Assembly: GCA_963977015.1 (NCBI GenBank)
Contig: CAXBMO010000003.1
Location: 1-64,000 of the forward strand
From: an uncultured bacterium
Lineage (GTDB): Bacteria; Verrucomicrobiota; Verrucomicrobiia; Verrucomicrobiales; DEV007
Length of the DNA stretch: 64,000 nt
Direction: 5' to 3'
Part shown: piece after piece, positions 9,447 through 18,872 of the stretch
How the letters are laid out: the number at the start of each line of letters is the position of its first letter
How positions within the stretch are numbered: the stretch's first letter is position 1
Program-made: the position numbers and the translations under genes
Notes under the pieces: model-generated
Databases searched by the model: none
Told to the model about the DNA's origin: nothing
What the model saw: the letters and a program-made list of their open reading frames with translations, nothing else

Positions 9447-10478
9447 CTAGTTGCGTGGCTTCAGTTTGAGCGGATTGGAATCGCCAGGCGTTACCAACGT
9501 GATCTCAGCCGGACCTTCCACGGTGTATTTTCCATTGGGGCGCAGGAAAATTCTTGTCGCCTCACTGGTGCCTTTGATTAGGTTTTGGCCGTCCTGCATT
9601 TGAGGGAAGATCATCAGGACAACGTTTCCGGTCGATGATTCGTAAACAGCGCGCCTTGCCTTGGCTACCTGGGTGTCGCCATCCGGCGTAAGCTTTTCAA
9701 TGACAACGTAGCCGGAAGCAATGGCCCGTTCGATTCCGCCTGACGCGGCTGCCTGGGTGGGAGCAACCGCATTGTTCCCGTCCGCGCCCTCCTGCTTCTT
9801 CAATTCCGCTTCCAGAATGTCACAGGTCAGGTCGAATTCCGGATGATCGAGTTCCACGTTATCCTCAAATGTCACCAAATTGGTGTTCGCATCAAATTCT
9901 GCCTGCTCCGCAATGATCTTGGTAACCCGCGATGGGTCCTGATTCGGGCGAGGGATCGGTTTGATGACGGGATCGGTAGGAGTGGGAACTTCGAGAGGGC
10001 TCAGGCTTGCGGGCTTGGATGAGGAAGTGGCTGCGATGGCTTTCGCGACCACGCGCTCGTCGGAAGCCAGCGGAGCGAGTTTTGCCGCTGCATTCCGTAA
10101 TGCCTCCGGATCCATCCCTTCGACCGTCTTTGCGGCGTTGTTGAGAAAATCAGAGTCCTGAGAGAGTTCGCTACCCTTCTTCATGGCGGCATCGGGATCA
10201 CCGAGCAGACCCTGTCCAACCTCCAGCAACTCTTTTGCAGATTCTTGGCCAGCGAGGGCTTGGGCCGCTTCCTTCACCGCATCCTGCGTTTCCTTGTTCT
10301 CGAGCATCTGCTTCGCGGTCGACTCTACCTGCTGTCGAGTTTCAGGGTCGATGTCCTTCTCCTCGAACAGACGATTCAAGAAACCTTTCTTGGATTTCTG
10401 TCCATCGGACTGCGCAACAACCTCACCCATGAGGCTTGCAGAAACGGTTATCACAATGGTGAGGAGCAATATCTTCAT
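9447..10478 (-). CDS. lptA: LptA/OstA-family periplasmic protein with long N-terminal extension
   Basis: Signal peptide; C-terminal beta-jellyroll-like motifs (IIAEQAEFD, VTFEDNVEL, LTCDILE, AIASGYVVI, AKARRAVYE); positioned between lptC-like and lptB. Confidence 0.72.
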   Translation of the reverse strand: MKILLLTIVITVSASLMGEVVAQSDGQKSKKGFLNRLFEEKDIDPETRQQVESTAKQMLENKETQDAVKEAAQALAGQESAKELLEVGQGLLGDPDAAMKKGSELSQDSDFLNNAAKTVEGMDPEALRNAAAKLAPLASDERVVAKAIAATSSSKPASLSPLEVPTPTDPVIKPIPRPNQDPSRVTKIIAEQAEFDANTNLVTFEDNVELDHPEFDLTCDILEAELKKQEGADGNNAVAPTQAAASGGIERAIASGYVVIEKLTPDGDTQVAKARRAVYESSTGNVVLMIFPQMQDGQNLIKGTSEATRIFLRPNGKYTVEGPAEITLVTPGDSNPLKLKPRN

Positions 10479-11077
10479 TTGGAGGACAGGGTAGCGGTCG
10501 AAGTTAGAGAAGGTGATGTGGCAGCTGGTTCGGACGGCTCCGTATTGATTTCAGGGAGGGGAACCGTGGGAATCGGCATGGCTGCGCGTTCCATGTCGTA
10601 GATGACCATCTCGACGTTTCCGTTCAACTTTCCATTCTGGTGCCGCGTATCGAAAATCATCTTATCACCATGCATATCAAATTGTGGGTGTTGAATGAAG
10701 GTTTTCTCGCGACTTTTTAGTTTTTCTTCATTCACGTCGTAAACACCTCGTTCGGTGATCAGACGCAGACTCATGTCCCCGTTCTTCTGAAACATCACCA
10801 CGGTCAAACCGAGCATATGAAGGAGTTCCTTGCTCTCGCGGGTTAGAACCTTGGTGTGAAGAATCGATGTGAGGATGTCATTTTCGTCAAAACTCGGGAC
10901 TCTGACACTTTCCCAAGGCTTGCCGACAGGAAAGAGATCGAAAGCTTCATCGGCAATCGCTCCGCCGGAAAGCGGTGCTTTTGCGGTGCCGTTCGCAGTT
11001 TCCTGAGCGATTGCCCAAGGCCCCTGCAGGAGGGAAACAAGGGCAATAAACTGAACCAAATTGCAACGTTGAAACAT
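10475..11077 (-). CDS. lptC: LptC-like LPS export periplasmic protein
   Basis: Signal or anchor segment, LITERGVYD, MHGDKMIFD, LNGNVEMVI; synteny kdsA-lptC-lptA-lptB; ATGA overlap with the next gene. Confidence 0.68.
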   Translation of the reverse strand: MFQRCNLVQFIALVSLLQGPWAIAQETANGTAKAPLSGGAIADEAFDLFPVGKPWESVRVPSFDENDILTSILHTKVLTRESKELLHMLGLTVVMFQKNGDMSLRLITERGVYDVNEEKLKSREKTFIQHPQFDMHGDKMIFDTRHQNGKLNGNVEMVIYDMERAAMPIPTVPLPEINTEPSEPAATSPSLTSTATLSSK

Positions 11078-11085
11078 GTGAGCGG

Positions 11086-11919
11086 CTATCTAGGAGGCGT
11101 TACGAGTTCATGAATTTGTTTGAGCTTTTTCAGCACGCCGCCCAGTTCGGAAAGAGGAATCTGGTTTGGCCCGTCGGACAAGGCTTCGCTGGGAGTCTCG
11201 TGCGTCTCAATAAACACACCGTCGCATCCCACCGCGACAGCAGCCCGTGCCAGGACGGGCGCCAAAATGCCGTCTCCCCCTGAGGATGTCCCTTGCCCTC
11301 CAGGACGTTGAACGGAATGTGTTGCATCAAAAACGACGCGGTGGCCAGCTTCGCGGATCCAGTAAAGGGAGCGCATGTCCGCGACTAAATTGTTGTACCC
11401 GTGGCTCGAGCCTCGCTCCGTAAAGAAAAATCGTTCATTCCCGAAATGTGCCAGTTTGTCGGCGATCGGTTTGATGTCCCAAGGAGCGAGAAATTGCCCT
11501 TTTTTGACATTAACCACCCGTCCCGTCTTCGCCGCAGCTTCAATCAAATCGGTCTGACGGCAGAGAAATGCCGGGATCTGAATAATGTCGATAAACTCAG
11601 CCGCAATCTCAGCCTCCTTGGGCGAATGGACGTCGGTTGTGACAGGGACGCCGAGTTGTTGACTGATTTCGCCGAGAATCTGACACCCAACGTGACAATC
11701 TGTTCCCCTGAAGGAGGAGTGAGAGGTTCGATTGGCTTTGTCGTAGGAAGCCTTGAAGACGAACGGAACCTTTAGATCATCTGTCAGAGCTTTCAGTTCC
11801 TTGGCCATGTGCCAGACGAAGCTTTCCGTCTCCATCACACAAGGGCCGAGGATAAAGAGTGGCTGAACTCCGTTCATCACGACGTCGTCGGTGATTTTAA
11901 GGTCGGGAAGGGATGTCAT
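11086..11919 (-). CDS. kdsA: 3-deoxy-8-phosphooctulonate (KDO8P) synthase
   Basis: GPCVME, KASYDKANRTS, QIPAFLCRQTDL, NVKKGQFLAP, FDATHSVQRPGG, ALSDGPN. ATG 11919 chosen. Confidence 0.97.
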   Translation of the reverse strand: MTSLPDLKITDDVVMNGVQPLFILGPCVMETESFVWHMAKELKALTDDLKVPFVFKASYDKANRTSHSSFRGTDCHVGCQILGEISQQLGVPVTTDVHSPKEAEIAAEFIDIIQIPAFLCRQTDLIEAAAKTGRVVNVKKGQFLAPWDIKPIADKLAHFGNERFFFTERGSSHGYNNLVADMRSLYWIREAGHRVVFDATHSVQRPGGQGTSSGGDGILAPVLARAAVAVGCDGVFIETHETPSEALSDGPNQIPLSELGGVLKKLKQIHELVTPPR

Positions 11920-12060
11920 GAATGGGCGAATTGGTAGGCTTGTGAGCGCTGGTCGCAAGTATTTTCGTATTACGGTTAAGTAATAAGTCCTAATCAATCT
12001 GACGCACCATCCCCAGCAGACTTCAAGCTCAGTGACTTGTGGAAACTGAATGTTGACCAG

Positions 12061-13290
12061 TCAGGAGGCGCCTTCTTCTGACTCAGCGGTAACTTTTACG
12101 ACGAACAGGGTGGTGTCGTCGTGGCCGGCGACTTCGGTGGCTTCATCCAGAATTGCGGTCGCAGTCTCTTTGGCGGTCCAGCCTTCTTCGGAGGCTTTCT
12201 CAAAAAACGCGGCGATATTCTTGTCCCACAAGCCGTCAATCACGCCATCGGAGCAGAAGAGAAGCCAGTCTCCTACGGACAACTGAACCGTTCCCACCTG
12301 GGGTTGCACTTTCTGGACGTCGGCACCAATGGCCTGGTTCAGCACATTGCGATTAGGGTGAAAACGTGCTTGGCGTTCGTTGATTTGGCCTTCCCTGAGC
12401 ATTCGACCGACTCGAGAATGGTCGTAGGTCAGTTGTTGAAGCTGGCCCTTTCTAAAAAGGTAAATCCGGCTATCCCCCACGTGTGCAAAATGGATTTCCG
12501 TTCCCACAATCAGGCCACAAACAAGCGTCGCGCCCATGCCTTCGAGATTCCGCTTCTTCCCTGACCGAATGATGTGATCATGAAGGTCCTGAATGGCCAA
12601 TGTCAAGGTGTTGAGAGGCTCTGCCGCTTTCCGGAAATCACCGATTCGCCCGGGAAGAAAACGTCTCAACTCCGATACCGCGAGCCGGCTTGCAACTTCA
12701 CCACCTTCGACTCCGCCCATCCCGTCGCTCACGGCGAGAACCACAGCTTCTCCATTGAGGCTCAGCTTTCCGGCCAAGGTCCGTTCCCTGGCCCAGCCCA
12801 TGTCAGATGAAAAGATGGCGAGAGCGTCCTCATTACCCGGTTTTCGTGTTCCAGCCCGACTTTCGCCGGCCCAGTTGATCACGAGTTGGCGATCCTGGTA
12901 GGGCTCTCCAGTCGGGAGGATGTCGGCCAACTCAAAGTCAATCACGCAAAAACGACCCAGTTGGGGATGGTAGGTAATGTTGCGCTGAAACGCATCTTTG
13001 TGAACGACTCCGTACTTATTGGCCAGTTCAGAAAAGATGCTGTCGGTTTTCTCTTGGCTTAGTTGCGAGTCGACCGGGTGTCCGCAGTTGGTGGTTACGA
13101 TGGTCAGTGTCTCATCATCCTGTTCCAGAAGCCGGGGGACGAAATCACAACCTCGATTTTCCAGAACCTTCAGCACTGCGACCTCATTGGCGTAGCGCTC
13201 TTCGCGATCGGTGCCCCGGAACGTTTTATGGACGCGACCGTCGTAACCAACGTGAACGATCGACCGGACTCCGTCTTTCGCGACTTGCAT
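12061..13290 (-). CDS. Fusion of a minimal protein-kinase-like domain and a PP2C/PPM phosphatase
   Basis: N-terminus: HKTF, NEV, VPRLL, HKDAFQRN, IDFE. C-terminus: NEDA, VSDGMGG, HVGDSRIY, LTYDHS, CSDGV, GHDDTT. Confidence 0.85.
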   Translation of the reverse strand: MQVAKDGVRSIVHVGYDGRVHKTFRGTDREERYANEVAVLKVLENRGCDFVPRLLEQDDETLTIVTTNCGHPVDSQLSQEKTDSIFSELANKYGVVHKDAFQRNITYHPQLGRFCVIDFELADILPTGEPYQDRQLVINWAGESRAGTRKPGNEDALAIFSSDMGWARERTLAGKLSLNGEAVVLAVSDGMGGVEGGEVASRLAVSELRRFLPGRIGDFRKAAEPLNTLTLAIQDLHDHIIRSGKKRNLEGMGATLVCGLIVGTEIHFAHVGDSRIYLFRKGQLQQLTYDHSRVGRMLREGQINERQARFHPNRNVLNQAIGADVQKVQPQVGTVQLSVGDWLLFCSDGVIDGLWDKNIAAFFEKASEEGWTAKETATAILDEATEVAGHDDTTLFVVKVTAESEEGAS

Positions 13291-13317
13291 TCCCCACGTT
13301 ACGCGAGGTTTGCCGAT

Positions 13318-13632
13318 TCATTCAACTTCAATAGAGATCTCGTCTTCCTCCACGTGAACGGGAAATGACTTCACGGACTCAATCGCAGGAAGACTCAGGG
13401 CTTCTCCGGTGCAAAGATCAAATTGCGCACCATGCCAGGGGCAAGAAACGCATTTTCCATCCACCCAACCGGCTGATAATTGAACTTCAGCATGCGTGCA
13501 TTGGTCCTCGATCGCGAAAAATTCGCCGGAAACATTGAAGACGGCAACGGCGTAGCCCTCGATTTCGAAGGTTTTTACCGTTCCTTTCGGAATCTCGGAA
13601 ACTTTTCCAACTTTCGTAAGTTTAGACAACAT
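13318..13632 (-). CDS. Rieske-type [2Fe-2S] ferredoxin
   Basis: CTH...CPWHGAQFD Rieske motifs, 104 aa. Confidence 0.93.
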   Translation of the reverse strand: MLSKLTKVGKVSEIPKGTVKTFEIEGYAVAVFNVSGEFFAIEDQCTHAEVQLSAGWVDGKCVSCPWHGAQFDLCTGEALSLPAIESVKSFPVHVEEDEISIEVE

Positions 13633-13693
13633 GGGATGCTGGTGTCGAATCTTCTCGACGGCAAGCTGCTAGTGTCTAAATTCCATTATCACT

Positions 13694-14377
13694 ATGAAAA
13701 CTGCGTTCGTGCCCTTGGCCTTTTTGATTGGATTGATGAGTTCCATTTGTCTGTCTTCTGCCTACTCTCAAGTCGTCGTCTACAACATCGACTTCGATAA
13801 GGTTGGTCCCAGCGCAAATTATCGGTCCTATGATCGCGGCTTTTTGGTGATGCCTCTAGATGGAGGGGATGTGGATTTCATTTTCCAGTTCCAGGTTGGT
13901 TCGACTCGATACTTTGTGGAGGCCTCTGAGTTTGGTACCTACTACATCACTACGGAAGATGATGAGAGGGAAGGGGTTGTCGCCAACGCCACCACATCGA
14001 ACACGCCCATCAACTTTTTCATGGCCATTGGTGATCTGAACACCACGGTGCGAGCGACCGTGACGACCACGGATGAAACCAGCAATGTCACCACAGCAAC
14101 GAAAGTGAGCCAAAAAGTTCCCAATAAGCTGGAAGGCTACATTTTGACGGCGGATCCGAGTGGTGCCGGAGTCTTTGACGCAAACTCAGGAGCCGCCGGA
14201 GCAAGCGAGATGACGGCAACGTTGGATGCCGTGCGGACCAATACCGCGAACCTTCAGCAACTTACGATTGCTGAAACGGTGGCGAGTTTGGTCGAGAGTC
14301 TGGAACTCGCCGGTTGGCAGGAGTTGATTGTCTCCGAAGAAGGGGCGGAGGATGATGCCGTTACGACGGGTGGGTGA
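13694..14377 (+). CDS. Exported hypothetical protein
   Basis: Signal peptide ending AYS-Q; acidic, Thr-rich; no recognised family. Confidence 0.65.
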   Translation: MKTAFVPLAFLIGLMSSICLSSAYSQVVVYNIDFDKVGPSANYRSYDRGFLVMPLDGGDVDFIFQFQVGSTRYFVEASEFGTYYITTEDDEREGVVANATTSNTPINFFMAIGDLNTTVRATVTTTDETSNVTTATKVSQKVPNKLEGYILTADPSGAGVFDANSGAAGASEMTATLDAVRTNTANLQQLTIAETVASLVESLELAGWQELIVSEEGAEDDAVTTGG

Positions 14378-14452
14378 ATCCGCAGACTGGCGTTACCAGA
14401 ATCGTCCAAGAAAGTGCTAGTTTTCGGGCAAATTTCCATCCAAGATTAGGTT

Positions 14453-14926
14453 ATGACCGTCGATGGAGCGAATGAACTAGCCCGTGTGGAGCCCGCCACT
14501 ATCGAGGATCTTGCGGAGTTGATTGATTTGGTGATGGATCTCCTCCAAATGGAGGAAGATTTCGAACCTGACAGGGATCGACAGGAACATGGCCTCAGAT
14601 TGATTCTCGAAAACCCGAACCGCGGAAGAATTATGGTCTTGCGGACGGATCATCGGATTATTGGGATGGCGAACCTTTTGTTTACGATCAGCACCGCGTG
14701 TGGTGGATTTGTCGTGCAAATGGAAGACGTGATCGTGCATCCCGACCATCGAGGGCACGGTTATGGTTCCCAGTTGATGAATTTCATCATCGATTTCGCT
14801 CGGAAAAAGAATTTCAAGCGGATTACGCTTCTCACGGACCGGATCAGTGCTGAATCCCAGCGTTTCTTCCAAAAATTTGACTTCCAATTTTCGCACATGA
14901 TCCCGATGCGACTCAATCTGGAGTAG
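14453..14926 (+). CDS. GNAT-family N-acetyltransferase
   Basis: Motif A VIVHPDHRGHGYGSQL, then RITLLTD...SQRFFQKFDF. Confidence 0.9.
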   Translation: MTVDGANELARVEPATIEDLAELIDLVMDLLQMEEDFEPDRDRQEHGLRLILENPNRGRIMVLRTDHRIIGMANLLFTISTACGGFVVQMEDVIVHPDHRGHGYGSQLMNFIIDFARKKNFKRITLLTDRISAESQRFFQKFDFQFSHMIPMRLNLE

Positions 14927-14928
14927 TC

Positions 14929-15237
14929 ATGACGGGATTGGTATTCGCTGCGATCTATCGCGAGACTTTTGGCCAGGGAGCTAACGAGTTGGTTGGTTCG
15001 GAAGCTTATCTGGTGGTGTTTCTCTTGGGATTGCTGACCGGAATCTTTGGCTTGGGGGCTCTTTTGGTCTGGCAAAATCTCCGAAGCCGGGCAAGGACTG
15101 AATTATCCAAAGAAGATCAAGAAATGCTGGATGGCCTGAGCCCGGATGAATCAAACGAGTTCACTTGCAGACCGGAAGTTTCTGAAGAGGCTCTGAAAGT
15201 GCCTTGGGAGAGAGAGCCGGATTGGTGGAGGCGTTAG
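14929..15237 (+). CDS. Small single-pass membrane protein
   Basis: One long hydrophobic helix and C-terminal PWEREPDWWR; starts 2 nt after the GNAT stop. Confidence 0.55.
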   Translation: MTGLVFAAIYRETFGQGANELVGSEAYLVVFLLGLLTGIFGLGALLVWQNLRSRARTELSKEDQEMLDGLSPDESNEFTCRPEVSEEALKVPWEREPDWWRR

Positions 15238-15485
15238 AGAGGAGAGTCCGGAAACCCTGCAAGGTTCCGCCCCTTGCCGTCCTCAGATTAGGGACAATAC
15301 GCATGTTGAGTTTGTAAAAACCATAACCTTTGAAACTTTAAGAATTGCTGATCAATGGCAACAATAAGCAAATAACTTAGTTAAAGGTTTTACAAGTACC
15401 TGAAAGTAAGGGAAATTTAGGGGCTGGCGGTCCCTGAAACAGGCCGCTAGTTCTCAATACGAAACGCACACATACCTATACTATC

Positions 15486-16205
15486 ATGAAACCTGGACAA
15501 TTGTTGGCCGTTCTGCTTGCCGGAACGTTCTGCGGAGTATCTTTGGCTGCTCCCCCTGATTACAGCACTCGCTTGGAAGTCGTTGACGTTCCTGCAGACG
15601 CCGGTGTCACGAAACCACGCGGATTTCTGTTCTTTGGGCGCCGCAAGGCGGAAGAGCGAGCGAATCGCGAAAATTCTGTTCGCCGCAGCTTGAGTTCTGC
15701 AATGCTGAGGAACGACCGGACTCGACGAAATCGCTCTGAGACCGTTGCATCCGATCCCCGATTGGCTCCAGATTTCAAAGTCTTTGTTCGCCGCAATGTC
15801 TTGGCGAAGAGCACTGGAAGGAACAGTCGTGTTGAGATCGATCTTGCCGGGCAGCGCGCTTATCTCTTGGTCAACGGCGAAATTGGTTTGGAAACTCCCA
15901 TTTCGAGCGCTCGTTCCGGAAAATATACTCCAACCGGGACTTTCACCGTCCATGATCGCGTCAGAAGCGGCAAAATTTCCAACCTCTACGACGTGTTGAT
16001 GCCTTATTGGCAGCGCTTGGGAAGCACGGAATTCGGTATCCATGCCGGATATCTCCCAGGTCGCCCCGCTTCCGCTGGCTGCGTTCGTTTGCCAAGACAG
16101 GCTGCGGAACTCATCTTTGATCACACGGCCTACGGCACGCAGATCAGCATCCATTCATCCTGGTCACCTGAAAGTGGCACTTCGATGACGTATGCTTCGC
16201 GCTAA
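15486..16205 (+). CDS. L,D-transpeptidase (YkuD family)
   Basis: Signal peptide; EIDLAGQRAYL, TPTGTF, MPYWQRL, GIHAGYLPGRPASAGCVRL. Confidence 0.92.
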   Translation: MKPGQLLAVLLAGTFCGVSLAAPPDYSTRLEVVDVPADAGVTKPRGFLFFGRRKAEERANRENSVRRSLSSAMLRNDRTRRNRSETVASDPRLAPDFKVFVRRNVLAKSTGRNSRVEIDLAGQRAYLLVNGEIGLETPISSARSGKYTPTGTFTVHDRVRSGKISNLYDVLMPYWQRLGSTEFGIHAGYLPGRPASAGCVRLPRQAAELIFDHTAYGTQISIHSSWSPESGTSMTYASR

Positions 16206-16249
16206 TTGACCTGACGGGTACTTTACTCGTATCAGATCTACGTTTTCAC

Positions 16250-16293
16250 AACTACCGCATTCCCATTAGGTTGGGATGCGGTAGTTTCGTTTT
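16250..16293 (+). terminator. Intrinsic terminator after the L,D-transpeptidase gene
   Basis: AACTACCGCAT(T)CCCA-TTAGGT-TGGGATGCGGTAGTT hairpin followed by TCGTTTT. Confidence 0.75.
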
Positions 16294-16450
16294 GGGAGGG
16301 ACGCATCGGTCATTGAAAGGCGTGGCAGCTGCGTGATCTGAAGGTTTCCGGTTTAGAAATGGGACGTTCGATGCGTTGACAGGGAGTCCAGACGCGGCAT
16401 TTTGAAACCCTAACCGATACCCCACAACCTTCAGCCACCTCAATTCGATT

Positions 16451-18868
16451 ATGGACATCAACGTCGCCGACTACGAAAAGCTTGGTAAGTTTTATCTCGG
16501 CCGAACCTATGACATCGGGCAAAAAGAAATGCTCGACGATCTTGTCATGTATGACTCGAAGGATCTCGTCACTCATGGTGTCGTACTCGGAATGACGGGT
16601 TCCGGAAAGACCGGTCTTTGCATGGCCCTGCTGGAGGAGGCTGCGATGGACGGAATTCCTTCGATTGTCATCGATCCCAAAGGGGATATTGCCAACATGA
16701 TGCTCCAGTTTCCCGACTTCCAGGGATCGAGCTTTCGGCCTTGGGTCAACGAAGGGGATGCAAAGAAAAAGGGGCTTACACCCGATGAATTCGCGCAGAA
16801 ACAGGCGGATCTTTGGAAAAACGGTCTCTCTCAATGGGGGCAATCGGGCGAGAGAATGCAATCGATGCAGAGTAAAGTCGATATCAACGTCTTTACGCCT
16901 GGATCCAGTGCGGGCATCCCGGTTTCGATTTTGAGTTCGTTGGATGTTCCTGAGCCGGGGATTCTCGAGGATGGCGAGCTTTTGGCCGAACGAATTGAAA
17001 GCACGGTTTCCAGCCTGCTTTCCCTGATGGGGGTGGATGCGGACCCGATTCAGAGTTCGGAGCACATTCTGCTTTCCAATATTTTCAATCATTGTTGGCA
17101 GAGTGGGGAAAGCCTCACCCTTCAATCGATGATTCGGCACATCATGGAACCGTCCTTCACGACGGTTGGGGTGGTCGATGTGGAGGACTTTTACAGTGAG
17201 AAGAAGCGGCAGGCATTGGCCATGAAAATGAACAACCTGCTGGCATCACCCGGATTCAGTACCTGGCTGAAGGGGGTGCCGCTTGATATCAACAAGATGA
17301 TGAGCGCTCCGGATGGTCGAGCACGGGTCTCGATTTTTTCGATCGCCCATCTAGGCGATTCAGAGCGGATGTTTTTCGTTTCCCTGCTTCTCAATCAGAT
17401 GCTCGGATGGATGCGATCCCAGTCCGGAACGAGTTCCCTGAGAGCTCTTCTCTACATGGACGAGATCTATGGGTATTTGCCTCCAACGGCGAATCCACCC
17501 TCGAAGAAACCGATGATGACGATGTTGAAGCAGGCTCGTGCCTTCGGGCTTGGGGTGCTTTTGGCAACCCAGAACCCGGTGGATCTCGACTACAAGGCTC
17601 TCTCGAACATCGGAACCTGGTTTCTGGGGCGACTTCAGACGGAGAGGGATAAGGCGCGTGTCTTGGCCGGACTCGAGGGGGCGGCCGCCTCTCAAGATGC
17701 CGGATTTGATCACCAGCGCATGGAGGAGATTCTCGCGGGATTGGGAAGTCGGGTCTTCCTCCTCAACAACGTCCATGAAGAGGCGCCGGTCACCTTTCAC
17801 GTTCGTTGGGTGATGTCCTACCTCCGAGGTCCGTTGGCGAGAGCACAGATCAAGCAGTTGATGGATCCGAAACGGGACCAATTCAAGATCATGACCCATG
17901 AAACGGGTGTCAGTTCCAGCCACGCAAAAGCCGGGGCAGCTCCGAGTAGCGGAAGTTCGGGAAAACCAGCCGTTTCGACCCGAATCGATGAGTATTTTGT
18001 TCCCGTAGCCGGAGAATTTCTGGAAGACGAGATCACGTATCTGCCAGCCGTCATCAGGGCGGCGGACGTCCGGTTTGCCGAAGCAAAATACGATGTGTAT
18101 GGCGACAAATCGATTACCCTGATCAACAAGGTCGATGATCGGCAGGACAAGATTGATTGGGATGATTCGCTAACGCTGCCGGAGGGGATGAATGTTTCCC
18201 ATCTTCAGCAAAAGCCGCACAACGCGAAGTCATTTGGTGCTTTGGCCGACGAACTTACCGACTCCACCTCCTATACGCGTTTCAAAGACGAGTTTGAGGA
18301 TTGGATCTATCACAATGAGAGTATGGAGGTTCTGAAGGCTGAGGCTTTTGAAATGTACTCGAAGTCCGGAGAGGCCGAGGGCGAGTTTCGGGGACGACTG
18401 CGGCATCGATCACATGAATTGCGAGATGAAGCGGTCGATGCAATGCGCGACAAATATGAGAGCAAGATCGTGAAACTGGAGGACAAGATCGCTGAACAAG
18501 CTGCTCAGGCCGGCTCGGCGAGAATGTCCGCAGTCGTTTCGATCGGGAGTTCCATTTTTGGCGCGCTCCTTGGCGGGCGGAGTAAGTTTTCTGCAACGAA
18601 AGCCCGTTCGGCATCAAGCCGGGCCTCAAAGGCTTGGAAGGAAGGGCGCGACGTGACCCGGGCCAAGCAAGAGCTGGAGCGGCTGGAACAGGAGTTGGAA
18701 CGCGAAATCGTCCGAATTGAGGAGCAATACGATGCCGACCTCACGCCAATTGAGCCGATTGGAATCACGCCCCTGAAGAAGAACATCAACGTCAAGACTT
18801 GTGGACTGGCGTGGCTGCCTTACGTCGATGGTAGTCGCGGCGAGCTTCTGGAAGCGTGGATTTCGTGA
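16451..18868 (+). CDS. HerA/FtsK-superfamily P-loop ATPase (DUF87/DUF853-like) with C-terminal coiled coil
   Basis: Walker A GMTGSGKT, VIDPKGD, Walker B LYMDE, KQARAFG...LATQNP. Confidence 0.85.
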   Translation: MDINVADYEKLGKFYLGRTYDIGQKEMLDDLVMYDSKDLVTHGVVLGMTGSGKTGLCMALLEEAAMDGIPSIVIDPKGDIANMMLQFPDFQGSSFRPWVNEGDAKKKGLTPDEFAQKQADLWKNGLSQWGQSGERMQSMQSKVDINVFTPGSSAGIPVSILSSLDVPEPGILEDGELLAERIESTVSSLLSLMGVDADPIQSSEHILLSNIFNHCWQSGESLTLQSMIRHIMEPSFTTVGVVDVEDFYSEKKRQALAMKMNNLLASPGFSTWLKGVPLDINKMMSAPDGRARVSIFSIAHLGDSERMFFVSLLLNQMLGWMRSQSGTSSLRALLYMDEIYGYLPPTANPPSKKPMMTMLKQARAFGLGVLLATQNPVDLDYKALSNIGTWFLGRLQTERDKARVLAGLEGAAASQDAGFDHQRMEEILAGLGSRVFLLNNVHEEAPVTFHVRWVMSYLRGPLARAQIKQLMDPKRDQFKIMTHETGVSSSHAKAGAAPSSGSSGKPAVSTRIDEYFVPVAGEFLEDEITYLPAVIRAADVRFAEAKYDVYGDKSITLINKVDDRQDKIDWDDSLTLPEGMNVSHLQQKPHNAKSFGALADELTDSTSYTRFKDEFEDWIYHNESMEVLKAEAFEMYSKSGEAEGEFRGRLRHRSHELRDEAVDAMRDKYESKIVKLEDKIAEQAAQAGSARMSAVVSIGSSIFGALLGGRSKFSATKARSASSRASKAWKEGRDVTRAKQELERLEQELEREIVRIEEQYDADLTPIEPIGITPLKKNINVKTCGLAWLPYVDGSRGELLEAWIS

Positions 18869-18872
18869 ATTC

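Noticed and set aside
11931-11958. Possible kdsA promoter TTGCGA-N16-TACCAA
   Set aside because: Weak -10 and short spacer; not listed as a feature, but it means co-transcription with the kinase-PP2C gene cannot be assumed.
15238-15485. AT-rich 250-nt gap as a possible ncRNA or origin
   Set aside because: No clear structure or DnaA-box array seen; consistent with a promoter region.
16451-18868. HerA-based anti-phage defence system
   Set aside because: No nuclease, Sir2 or other defence partner adjacent; neighbours are cell-envelope enzymes.
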